Below are positions 51,135 through 59,849 of a stretch of DNA of 64,000 nt, in pieces. The position numbers were made by a program, and so were the translations under genes. Under the pieces are notes generated by a model. The model was given only the letters and a program-made list of their open reading frames with translations, made no database searches and was not told the DNA's origin. Every line of letters begins with the position of its first letter. Position 1 is the stretch's first letter. Origin of the DNA: an uncultured Gammaproteobacteria bacterium (GTDB lineage Bacteria; Patescibacteriota; Patescibacteriia; UBA9934; CAZDDW01); assembly GCA_965231015.1 (NCBI GenBank), contig OZ246408.1:280158-344157 (forward strand), given 5' to 3'.

Positions 51135-51383
51135 CTATCCATCCGTGTATAGTTCCACAATTCGCCATTCTAAAAATTCCGGGTCGAAACGAAGTTTAAA
51201 ATAATTAGTTAGATCTGAAACCGAGAAATAAAAAACTCGCTTAGTGCCTTCGCGAGCGTGGTGCACCATGTTGACCTGCTTAACTTGATATTTTTTTCCA
51301 TTCCATTTAAAAACTCGCGGGGCAACACGTTTACCCGCAAATATAACAGATACATCGATTGGGTCATTGATTATTTCGTACAT
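51135..51383 (-). CDS. Small beta-rich protein in the SOS cassette
   Basis: 82 aa, PxxFxW.GKKY motif; lies between lexA and dinB. Confidence 0.8.
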   Translation of the reverse strand: MYEIINDPIDVSVIFAGKRVAPRVFKWNGKKYQVKQVNMVHHAREGTKRVFYFSVSDLTNYFKLRFDPEFLEWRIVELYTDG

Positions 51384-51388
51384 GTGAT

Positions 51389-51600
51389 GTAGGGGTTAAT
51401 TGCATTAACCCTTTAGACACAGAAACCGCAGATAAAAGATCTACGATTTCGTGTTACCCCTGTCCGACCGGTTTTGCCGGGCGGAAGAAAGTCCGTCATC
51501 ATGTTCTGGTCCAGACCCAAGTGGGAGGAGATGAACCCGGGCAGAACAAGAGATAACAGACTTCCTCCCGCCCTCAATAAATGACTTTATTGGCGGAGGC
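51389..51600 (-). ncRNA. Candidate structured RNA/leader in the lexA-dinB cassette
   Basis: 22-bp G-U-containing stem 51479-500/51552-573 plus further hairpins at 51417-454 and 51393-411. Confidence 0.55.
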
Positions 51601-51608
51601 TCCCAAGA

Positions 51609-51767
51609 TTAAAAAGAACGAGTGAGCAAAGTACGGGTCATTTGTTTAAAACGACGTCGACTCAGCCGAACATTCATGCGACGGCGCACGCGTTCTGCTT
51701 TACGGACACTGCGCAAGGGCATAAAGGACATGGTGGCGTCATAATGACGCATGGTAGTGGATGACAT
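51609..51767 (-). CDS. Unannotated 52-aa Arg-rich small protein
   Basis: TAGGAGG directly upstream of the ATG; MSSTTMRHYDATMSFMPLRSVRKAERVRRRMNVRLSRRRFKQMTRTLLTRSF. Confidence 0.6.
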   Translation of the reverse strand: MSSTTMRHYDATMSFMPLRSVRKAERVRRRMNVRLSRRRFKQMTRTLLTRSF

Positions 51768-51883
51768 AGGCCTCCTAAATTAATTATCAATTTACAAATT
51801 TTCAATTTTCAATGAAGGTGGGTGGCTTTAAACAACCGTGAGTGCTCGGAAATCTCAACAGTTATTAATTTTTAATTATTAGT

Positions 51884-52525
51884 TTACACGGTTGCGAATT
51901 TACGAATCACAGCGCGGACAATTCCTTGAATGTTTAGGTCACCCTTAACAATAATCGGTTGCATGGTTGAATTAGCCGGTTGTAAACGAATACTGTTGCC
52001 TTCTCGGTAAAATCTTTTTAAAGTTGCGTAAGCATTATCAAGAAGAGCAACGACAACGTCTCCGTTTTTTGGTGATGGATTACGTTCAATGACTACATAA
52101 TCGCCATCAAAAATTCCGTCTTCGATCATGGAGCGACCCTTTACCTTTAAAACATATGAATTGTCAGAATCAACCACGAAATCACTTGGTACGGCCATGG
52201 CTTCCTTATCTTCAATCGCTTCAATCGGTTCACCCGCAGTAATTATGCCAGCCAAAGGAAGCATTAGGGCTGGAGCTGTGTTGGTTGCAGCTTTGCTTTC
52301 TGGATTTTCATCAACTATTTCCAGATTACGGGCACAACCGTCTGCACTGGCCTCGAGAACACCTTTTTCGCAAAGGGCTTGAACATGTTGGTGAATGGTT
52401 GATGGGGAAGAGACACCAATGTTGGTAGCGATTTCTCGGTATGATGGAGCGTACCCGCGGTCTTCACTGTATTTTTTAATAAAGTCCAGAACCTCTTTTT
52501 GTTTTTTAGTAAGTGGGGGAGTCAT
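51884..52525 (-). CDS. lexA: SOS repressor LexA
   Basis: LTKKQ, GYAPSYREI, AG cleavage site, GRSM (Ser), ATLKR (Lys). Confidence 0.97.
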   Translation of the reverse strand: MTPPLTKKQKEVLDFIKKYSEDRGYAPSYREIATNIGVSSPSTIHQHVQALCEKGVLEASADGCARNLEIVDENPESKAATNTAPALMLPLAGIITAGEPIEAIEDKEAMAVPSDFVVDSDNSYVLKVKGRSMIEDGIFDGDYVVIERNPSPKNGDVVVALLDNAYATLKRFYREGNSIRLQPANSTMQPIIVKGDLNIQGIVRAVIRKFATV

Positions 52526-52567
52526 ATGTTTTTTTGATTATTTCTTAGGGGTCAAAGAAATACGGCT

Positions 52568-52611
52568 TGTTCGCCTTATGTTCGTATGATAACACGAACA
52601 AAAACCGAACA
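52568..52611. promoter_or_regulatory. Candidate LexA operator over the lexA promoter
   Basis: TGTTCG-N5-TGTTCG-N10-CGAACA-N5-CGAACA flanking a minus-strand TATCAT. Confidence 0.7.
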
Positions 52612-52689
52612 CAAGAGGTTGGTTTTAAGCTTAAAATGTGGATAAGTTTTAAAGAAAAAACCTCTAATGCATAAAGCGATAGAGGTTGT

Positions 52690-53619
52690 TCAGAGAAGAT
52701 TGGCTCGCAGGACTCGTTCCCAGTTGCCGCAGGCGATAAGGTCAAGTTCATGCTCTCTCAGGCCCCGTCGTTCCAGGGTATAGAGCAAGAGGTCAAGTTC
52801 CTCAACCCGGCTGGCGCGTGGAATCAGCTGTTTAGATTCAATACCGCCGAAATCCGAACCAAGAGCAACGTGTTGTAAACCAATCAGGTCAATCACGTAC
52901 ATGATATGGTCGGCAAAATCATCAAGATTTGGTAGGCGGTTTTTGAGTACAAAGCCGGGTACCAAAGAGATTCCGATCAATCCACCATGGTCAGCCAAAA
53001 TCCGTAGTTGGTCATTAGTGTAGTTGCGGCGTCGATTGGATTTTGCTCGAGCGTTGCCGTGGCTGATTACAGGAGGCTTGGTGACCACGTTTATTATATC
53101 GAAGAAGGTTTCAGGATTGGCGTGTGCCAGATCAACGATCATTTGGTTGCGGTTCATCCAGTGTATTACGTCACGGCCGAGTGGGGTGAGGCGACCATAA
53201 TCTTTACATCCACCACCAAGGCGATTACTCTCATTACCAACAATGCCAGCACTCAAGACTCCGTACATACGCCAGATGACAAGCTGATCCTGCCAGTTGT
53301 CTTGATTCAGACAGCAAAGCCCTTCGAGGTGCAGCACGAGTCCGGTTTGATCACCTTGGTGCATAACTCGATCAAAGTCTCCGAAGGTCTTGATCAGAAC
53401 CAGGGTCGGATGCGTGTAAGTTAAATGTTGGTAGGCATGAATATCCCGCTCAACATAACCGCACTTTTTTCGTTCATTCGGATCATCCGTGAAGATGCTG
53501 GCAAAGAGGGCTCTGACCTGGCTTCGATCGAGCTGGCGTGGAGAAGTCTGGTACACCTTCGGTTTTTTCCTCAGGTGGTCCAGTAGATCCTGATGGCCAT
53601 CCATTATTTGAAAGGACAT
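52690..53619 (-). CDS. Membrane dipeptidase (M19)-family metallohydrolase
   Basis: DGHQD, HLEG, VDLAH, SHGN, LGSDFGG. Confidence 0.88.
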   Translation of the reverse strand: MSFQIMDGHQDLLDHLRKKPKVYQTSPRQLDRSQVRALFASIFTDDPNERKKCGYVERDIHAYQHLTYTHPTLVLIKTFGDFDRVMHQGDQTGLVLHLEGLCCLNQDNWQDQLVIWRMYGVLSAGIVGNESNRLGGGCKDYGRLTPLGRDVIHWMNRNQMIVDLAHANPETFFDIINVVTKPPVISHGNARAKSNRRRNYTNDQLRILADHGGLIGISLVPGFVLKNRLPNLDDFADHIMYVIDLIGLQHVALGSDFGGIESKQLIPRASRVEELDLLLYTLERRGLREHELDLIACGNWERVLRANLL

Positions 53620-53731
53620 TGGTTAATCCTCCGTGAGCGATCTTAGCGCAATTACGTAATTTTGGCCAGAAAAAGAAAAACCGCTCGCCTTGGGAGTTAC
53701 CCATTAGCAAGCGGCCGCGTTGGGTGTCGAT

Positions 53732-54214
53732 TTAGCTGTCACTACGACTGATCGGAACCACATCCGAGTTGGCGTCCCTCATATCCATGCACACATCGTG
53801 CATTGTTTTCAATATATCAAATGCGTGACTTCGCCCTTCTCGGTTGTAGTAGAACTGGCCAGGCTTCCAGCTAACGTGGAAGCTGAATCGGTTCATGGGC
53901 GTTTCTTTGTCCAGATCGATCCAGTCAGGTTTCTCATCCTTGGGTTCGATCTTGCCGCCCCAGCTCCTGACTTCCTGGAGTGCGGTCAGGAAGAGTGTTT
54001 CTCTCCAAGAAACGAACCGTTCCGTTCCAATCAGTTCGGCCAACCTCTTCAGGTTCACGCATACCCGTTCCTGTTCACAGAATTCCCCTCGTATCTGTCG
54101 AAAAGCAACCTGGACAGCCACTCCCTCCGTGATCCAGTCACCTGGTTCCGGTTTCGGATTACCCGGTCCCATTGGAACTATTGCTTCAGCTTTTCTGGCT
54201 GCATCAGCGATCAT
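53732..54214 (-). CDS. Hypothetical protein (solitary gene)
   Basis: TTGACA(54292)-N17-TAAAAT promoter, purine-rich Shine-Dalgarno, downstream hairpin. Confidence 0.65.
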   Translation of the reverse strand: MIADAARKAEAIVPMGPGNPKPEPGDWITEGVAVQVAFRQIRGEFCEQERVCVNLKRLAELIGTERFVSWRETLFLTALQEVRSWGGKIEPKDEKPDWIDLDKETPMNRFSFHVSWKPGQFYYNREGRSHAFDILKTMHDVCMDMRDANSDVVPISRSDS

Positions 54215-54368
54215 GACGTTTTGGCCCCCTCTCTCAAACAGCTTTTAGAACGAACTGATGCGGATTTTATCAATTATGTTTAAGTATGTCAAGATGAATG
54301 CTTTTTAAACTAAATCCCGCTGGCGGCCGAGTGGCTACCAGCGGGGTTTTTGGTTTGGAGGGAAAGGG

Positions 54369-55889
54369 CTAGAGGAGGGGGAGGACCCACTCGGGTACGT
54401 GACCGATCTGGAGCGGGGTACAGGCGAACTCGGCCATTTCCGCGTAGCGGTTGCGGTAGTTTAGGCTCACTTTCTGGCAGACCCGACGGAGAACACGCTT
54501 GATCTCGTCCATGTCCTCGTCAGTGAGGCTTGGAACGCGGTCGCGTAGTTCAGTTTCCGAGTTCAAGAGTAAATCAGCCCAGATCCAGATGCCGGCCTGG
54601 TCGAGCTTGATTTCGACCTCCGGACTCGGGTGGTCGGATCGTTGAGCATCGTGGCGGTGGCACCGGCAGGTCAGCGAGCTCTTGAGTACGCGCCAGGCCA
54701 GCAAGTCCTCCACGAACATCGTAGGCAGGTTCATGCCCAATGATAGACCGAGCTCGGCCAAGATATCCTTGAGCTCGTTCAAGCTCTTGCGGCCAAAATT
54801 TTTGGTGCGCAACATGTCAGCCTCGCGGCGGATCACCACTTCGAAGAGGAACATGACGTTCTGGTTCTCGAGGCAGTTATGGGTGCGTCGCGAGAGTTCG
54901 AGGCCACTGACCGGCTTCATCAGGTTCTGGATTATGGCCGGATCGAGGTTGACCTTGGGAGTGGACACGGTCCGGCCGGGCTGCCACAGCTCGAGGCGCA
55001 GAACCTGTTGTTCCAGCTTCTCAACCTGTGCCCGGGTCTGATCCAGGCTCCAGCGCAGGCTTCGCATCTCGTTCGGCTCCGGCGTCCACCACAGGTCCTC
55101 AAAGTGCTGCTTGTCCGTTGGACGGCGCAGCTTGCGCAAAGCCTTGGCCCGGAACTGCCGGACGCGCTCGCTCGAGTAGTTCATTTCGCGAGCGAGCTCG
55201 CTCTGCTTCGTGGGTGGGTTGCCGTCGAGGCCGTAGAGCTCGGTGATCACAATGAATTCCCGCGGCGTCAGTCTCGAGCGGAGGCACTCATCGATCCACT
55301 CGTGGTCGTCGATCCGCCAGTGCGGACAGATCTTGCTGCCCGCCATCAGATCATGATCTTCCTTGACGATCAGGTCCTTCAGCTCGATGACGTTGATTGG
55401 GCTCGGGTACTCGCCGAGCTCGATGGCCCGCAGGACCATGTCGAGCAGGTCCGGAGCGGGTTCGTTCTCAAGATTGATCCCGAGCACCGCGGCCACGAGG
55501 GGCACGTACGGCTCCTGCTCCGGGTACACCCGCGGACGCAGGAAGGGCCGCAAGCCCCGGGTCACACCGTGCGCGAAGTCGACCATACCGAGCTCCTCGA
55601 AGACGTACTCCTGAAGGGCGCAGAACAGCTTGGCCTCGACGCTGTCGACCGCGGGAGTCTCGACCGTGAACTTGGCCAGACGCTGCACGATACCCGTGAG
55701 GCGTTCACTTTTGCCCGGTCGGTCCGGGAAGCACTTGGTCATGCCGCCACGGGCCTGAACGTCGTTGCGGATCGCTCCATCCGACCAGCCGACGTACTTG
55801 GCGGTCTCCGGATAGGTGAAGCCCAGCTTAACGAGTTCGTGAACCAGAGGCCAGCGCTCGCGGCGATTCTGATGGTAATCTCGTCTCAT
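54369..55889 (-). CDS. HTH + sigma70 region 4 + RNA polymerase alpha-CTD fusion protein
   Basis: LTPREFIVITELYGLDG...SERVRQFRAKALRKLR (sigma region 4); LELSRRTHNCL...KNFGRKSLNELKDILAELGLSLGM (alpha-CTD). Confidence 0.85.
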   Translation of the reverse strand: MRRDYHQNRRERWPLVHELVKLGFTYPETAKYVGWSDGAIRNDVQARGGMTKCFPDRPGKSERLTGIVQRLAKFTVETPAVDSVEAKLFCALQEYVFEELGMVDFAHGVTRGLRPFLRPRVYPEQEPYVPLVAAVLGINLENEPAPDLLDMVLRAIELGEYPSPINVIELKDLIVKEDHDLMAGSKICPHWRIDDHEWIDECLRSRLTPREFIVITELYGLDGNPPTKQSELAREMNYSSERVRQFRAKALRKLRRPTDKQHFEDLWWTPEPNEMRSLRWSLDQTRAQVEKLEQQVLRLELWQPGRTVSTPKVNLDPAIIQNLMKPVSGLELSRRTHNCLENQNVMFLFEVVIRREADMLRTKNFGRKSLNELKDILAELGLSLGMNLPTMFVEDLLAWRVLKSSLTCRCHRHDAQRSDHPSPEVEIKLDQAGIWIWADLLLNSETELRDRVPSLTDEDMDEIKRVLRRVCQKVSLNYRNRYAEMAEFACTPLQIGHVPEWVLPLL

Positions 55890-56065
55890 GACTCCCTAGT
55901 CCTTTCCTGGGTTGTGTTTTTGGGAAGGAGCAAGACTGTAAAGACTAGCAATTTCAAGCTTAGTTGTCAAGGTTTTTAGCTGTCTTCAGCCTAATATCTT
56001 GACAAAAGCTTGTTTTTTGTGTAGGTTGTTTTCTTGCCAAATGACTGGCAAAACCAGGGTGAACC

Positions 56066-56314
56066 ATGGGAAAAGTAAGTCAGGTTCGCAGAAGAGTGAG
56101 GGTTCGTTTGAATGATGGACGGTCCCTGTTCGTCTACAGAATGGACTACAGCAGTCTGGACTATGCCTGGAAGATGCTCAGACATCTGCAAAAGACACAC
56201 CCGGATGATCTGGTCAACTTGAGCCAGGGCTGGGACCATGGTTCGGAAGAGTTCCAATACAAAGATATCGACCTTTCTTCCAAGGACGACTTCATGGCAC
56301 TCAACGCTATGTAG
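56066..56314 (+). CDS. Hypothetical small protein
   Basis: TTGACA(55999)-N17-TAGGTT promoter; 82 aa; downstream hairpin plus T-run. Confidence 0.6.
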   Translation: MGKVSQVRRRVRVRLNDGRSLFVYRMDYSSLDYAWKMLRHLQKTHPDDLVNLSQGWDHGSEEFQYKDIDLSSKDDFMALNAM

Positions 56315-56393
56315 TCATGACATCACACTCTCGGGGTACGAAAGTTTTTCGTACCTTTTTAGTTTCTCTTTGATCGTGATAGAATACATAAGT

Positions 56394-57158
56394 ATGAATC
56401 CCATGCGATCAACTTTGGTGGTTTTTGTAACCCTGCTTGTTTTAATTGGTACGGTCTTTTTGACGTTTACTCGTCTGCCTGAAGAACAGTTTGTTATTTC
56501 CGAGGACGGAATATTCAGCATAGAAGCCATGACCGGCAGTGACGTAACCATTGACGTTACAGAAGCCGGGGTAGGGCGCGAGGCCGGTGCGGCCGTGATA
56601 GGCAATGTTTATTATGTGACCCCATCGGAAGCCCGATTGTCTGAAGTGGCCACCATTCGAATTCGCTACACCGAGGAGCAGGTTAAGGAGTTGAATTTGT
56701 CTAATCTCTCCATTGCTTATTATGATTTGGATGTTGAGGCCTGGCACAGGGTTCCAACCAGCCTAGACCGTACTCGACAAATATTTTCAGCTGAAACCGG
56801 GCACCTATCCAGTTGGGCTCTGATCCAGACTCACCAAATTGTTAAACCAAACCTGGTTAATGATGCGGCATCTCGTTTGCGCGAATTGCCTCCCTCTGGC
56901 GCTACTGGATATGTGATGGAGTTGGCATATTCAATTGAGGGCGATGATTATATATTGCTTGAGGAAACTATAACAAGCGGTGGGTGCGGTGGAATATATC
57001 AGGTGGGTGAGCATACCGCACAAACCGATGATTCTTTTACCACAACCGCCCAGGTGGATGGAGTTGATCAAGAAGTAGAATTTAAACTGGTGGCTACCTG
57101 GGAGATTGGGCAAGGTTGTGTAGAGGATGCTCCACTTAGTCCAACTTCAACTCGGTAG
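56394..57158 (+). CDS. Membrane-anchored protein (ZU5-like HLSSW motif)
   Basis: N-terminal TM helix; IAYYD...W...AETGHLSSWAL. Confidence 0.7.
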   Translation: MNPMRSTLVVFVTLLVLIGTVFLTFTRLPEEQFVISEDGIFSIEAMTGSDVTIDVTEAGVGREAGAAVIGNVYYVTPSEARLSEVATIRIRYTEEQVKELNLSNLSIAYYDLDVEAWHRVPTSLDRTRQIFSAETGHLSSWALIQTHQIVKPNLVNDAASRLRELPPSGATGYVMELAYSIEGDDYILLEETITSGGCGGIYQVGEHTAQTDDSFTTTAQVDGVDQEVEFKLVATWEIGQGCVEDAPLSPTSTR

Positions 57159-57214
57159 CCTTGCCAGTGGCAAATTATTAAGATAAAATAGAATTGTTTT
57201 AAAGGAGGAAAAAT

Positions 57215-57442
57215 ATGCCAACCAAAAAAACTGCTAAAAAGAAACCAGCTAAAAGAAAGACTAAAACAAAGTCGCCTGACTGTTTTCATTGTGACCATTT
57301 GCCGTTAAAAAGCGGTGAGTTGGTGGCAATTCTTGTTTGTCTGGTTGTGTCACTGTCTGCGGTTTTGCTGACTTCAATGACCATTATAGAGGATCAGCAA
57401 CATCAAATTGCTCAATATCAAGAACTATTCACACGACGATAA
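57215..57442 (+). CDS. Small membrane protein with basic N-terminus
   Basis: AGGAGG Shine-Dalgarno; Lys-rich start, CxxC, one TM helix. Confidence 0.7.
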   Translation: MPTKKTAKKKPAKRKTKTKSPDCFHCDHLPLKSGELVAILVCLVVSLSAVLLTSMTIIEDQQHQIAQYQELFTRR

Positions 57443-57443
57443 T

Positions 57444-58079
57444 ATGAAATACACTGTAGCTTTTCTGGCTCTTTTTATTTTTCTTGGAGCCGGCTGTGCC
57501 AACTCTTTTGATGACACTGTAAGTATGGAGGACGTATCATTACCAAGCGGAAAAGAAGCCGCTTCTGATTTAGAAAGTGAAACTAAGACAACTGAACCTA
57601 TGACCCAAACCTGGACTTTCCCGGGAGTTCTACCGGATGAAGAAATTAAAAATAAACAAATTCGAATCAAGACCGACAAGGGTGATATTGTGTTTGATCT
57701 GTTTGCTGACACAGCCCCAATGACCGTTTCCAACTTCGTATACTTGACTTCAGGTGGGTACTACAACGGTTTGACCTTTCACCGTCGAGAAGAAGGATTC
57801 GTAATTCAAGGAGGTGATCCTAACGGGAACGGAACCGGTGGTCCAGGATATAAGTTTGAAGATGAACTTGATGATGAGTATGGTTATGACCGTGGGATTG
57901 TGGCTATGGCCAACTCCGGAGCTAACACCAATGGTAGTCAGTTTTTTGTGATGCTTGAAGACACACCATTGCCTAAAGCTTATACGATTTTTGGTCGCGT
58001 GACCGAGGGAATTGATGTAGTGGATCAGATCATGGTAGGTGACACCATGACCGAAGTGGTGGTCGAAGACAAGGAATAA
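57444..58079 (+). CDS. Cyclophilin-type peptidyl-prolyl isomerase, lipoprotein
   Basis: LGAGC lipobox; FHR, IQGGDP, GPGY, AMANSG, NGSQFF. Confidence 0.95.
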   Translation: MKYTVAFLALFIFLGAGCANSFDDTVSMEDVSLPSGKEAASDLESETKTTEPMTQTWTFPGVLPDEEIKNKQIRIKTDKGDIVFDLFADTAPMTVSNFVYLTSGGYYNGLTFHRREEGFVIQGGDPNGNGTGGPGYKFEDELDDEYGYDRGIVAMANSGANTNGSQFFVMLEDTPLPKAYTIFGRVTEGIDVVDQIMVGDTMTEVVVEDKE

Positions 58080-58081
58080 CC

Positions 58082-58303
58082 ATGATTTCAAAAGGGATCT
58101 ACAAACACTATAAAGGAGGGGAGTATGAGGTGATGAGAGTTGGTCGTGACTCAGAGAATTTAGAGCTCGTAGTTATCTACCGAGCTCTTTATGAATCTGA
58201 AGAATTCGGTCCAAATGCCATTTGGGTTCGTCCTTTAAAGATGTTTGAGGAAAAGGTGGTCGTGGACGGGGTCAAACAACCACGTTTTCGTAAGGTTGAT
58301 TGA
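58082..58303 (+). CDS. DUF1653-like protein
   Basis: GIYKHYKG, VIYRALY, WVRPLKMF. Confidence 0.88.
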   Translation: MISKGIYKHYKGGEYEVMRVGRDSENLELVVIYRALYESEEFGPNAIWVRPLKMFEEKVVVDGVKQPRFRKVD

Positions 58304-58435
58304 ATTTTTGTGCTATAATAGGCACATGCTCGGTAGTCCAACCTTAATGAAACCAAACAAGTTTTGATTAGTTTTATTGAGTAGATAACTATTGGGTTGA
58401 TATTATAGATTCTCTTTTAAGTTGTACTATCGAGT

Positions 58436-59848
58436 ATGCCGAAGTTAACTGAAAAACATTTTTTTAAGTACGCCAAATGTCCGCTTTGGTTATATTTTGA
58501 TGAGCATGAGGAAGAACAGAAGCTTGTTGATCCTCTTATCGACAAATTGGCTGATGATGGTTTGATTCCGGAAATCGAACTCGAGATTCTAAAAAGGACA
58601 AAGGATAAAGGACAAGGTATTAAAGAAATCGAGATCGAAGATATCGAAGAGGCTTTTCGCGAAACGCTCGAAGCAATGCGTGAAGGTGTACAAACTATTT
58701 ATCACGGTGTACTTGTGAACGGTCACTGGGTAGCGCGGCCGGATTTGCTTGAACGAGTAGAAGGCAAGTCTCGGTTTGGTGATTATTATTATGTAGCGTG
58801 TGACGTTAAGCGTGGTCGTAAAGTAACCCGTGAGTATATGTTCCAGGGTTCGTTTTATGCCGAGTTGTTAATGTTGATACAAGGAATTCGTCCGGTACGT
58901 GGATATGTGATTGATCCGGATGGTGTAACTCGAGATTATTTGCTCGAAGACTATCGTTCCCGGTTCCATCTTTCGCTCGATGAAATTGAACGCATCATGG
59001 CCGGTAAACGCCCGGCTCACTTTATGACGGCCGGGTGCAAGCATTCTCCCTGGTTTGACGAGTGCAAGCTTGAGGCGGAAAGTTGTGATGACGTGTCGCT
59101 TTTAAACAGGATCTACGCTCGCGAAGTGACTGCCTTGCGCGAGGCAGGGTATGGCACCATTTCTCGTTTAGCAAACACTGGTTTACTGGAGCTCGAAGCT
59201 GAGGTCTCCTCGGTTTCAGGTGAGAGACTGATGATGCTCCACAATCAAGCCAAGTCCATTATTGAAGATAAGATTGTGGTTAAAGACGTTATGGATTTTC
59301 CTGAATCCGAGACCGAGCTTTATTTTGATATTGAGTCAGACCCGTTGCGTGATTTGGATTATCTGTTTGGTGTACTTGAAGTGAAAAAAGGAAAAGAAAA
59401 GTACCATGCCTTTGTGGCCAAGAAACCGGAAGACGAACAAAAAGCCTTTGAACAATTCCTGAAGTTCATGGGCAAACATCCGGACGTTCCGGTTTACCAC
59501 TACGGTTGGTATGAGGTCGAGGTGTTGCGTCGGCTCGGGGAGAAGTACGATGTTGATCCGGTAGTCGTCGCAAAAATTGAATCGCAAATGATCGATCTTA
59601 TGGTTATTTTGCGTGATAACGTAATTTTCCCGTTGTATTTTTACTCGCTCAAAGATCTGGCTAAGCACCTCGGGTTCAAGTGGAGAAATGCTGACGCTAC
59701 GGGAATTCAATCTGTGCTTTGGTATGAAGAATATTTGCAAAATCGGCGCAAAAAGTCTAAATTAGATGAAATTCTTAAATATAACGAAGACGATGTGTTA
59801 GCCACTAAATTTTTAAAAGAGTGGGCGACTAAACAAGACACTACTTAA
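58436..59848 (+). CDS. TM0106-family RecB-like putative nuclease with RNase H-like domain
   Basis: RPDLL..DVK, YFDIESDP, YHYG.YE, YSLK, YNEDDV.AT. Confidence 0.88.
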   Translation: MPKLTEKHFFKYAKCPLWLYFDEHEEEQKLVDPLIDKLADDGLIPEIELEILKRTKDKGQGIKEIEIEDIEEAFRETLEAMREGVQTIYHGVLVNGHWVARPDLLERVEGKSRFGDYYYVACDVKRGRKVTREYMFQGSFYAELLMLIQGIRPVRGYVIDPDGVTRDYLLEDYRSRFHLSLDEIERIMAGKRPAHFMTAGCKHSPWFDECKLEAESCDDVSLLNRIYAREVTALREAGYGTISRLANTGLLELEAEVSSVSGERLMMLHNQAKSIIEDKIVVKDVMDFPESETELYFDIESDPLRDLDYLFGVLEVKKGKEKYHAFVAKKPEDEQKAFEQFLKFMGKHPDVPVYHYGWYEVEVLRRLGEKYDVDPVVVAKIESQMIDLMVILRDNVIFPLYFYSLKDLAKHLGFKWRNADATGIQSVLWYEEYLQNRRKKSKLDEILKYNEDDVLATKFLKEWATKQDTT

Positions 59849-59849
59849 T

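Noticed and set aside
51531-51584. Plus-strand mini-ORF after GGGAGGAG
   Set aside because: The SD abuts the ATG, the ORF is only 17 codons, and pairing asymmetry supports a minus-strand RNA
54369-55889. Calling this gene rpoA or rpoD
   Set aside because: It lacks a recognisable alpha-NTD and sigma regions 1.2-3; only region 4 and alpha-CTD are seen
54879-55979. Long antisense ORFs (also 4866-5504, 61499-62653, 62910-63590, 38123-38722)
   Set aside because: They are shadows of GC-rich sense genes or of the DGR region, with no motifs or translation signals
52690-56314. Prophage or integrative island
   Set aside because: No integrase, att-like repeats, or structural or replication genes; each gene has separate expression signals
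58326-58367. 13-codon leaderless ORF after a TATAAT
   Set aside because: Too short to support without conservation or ribosome data
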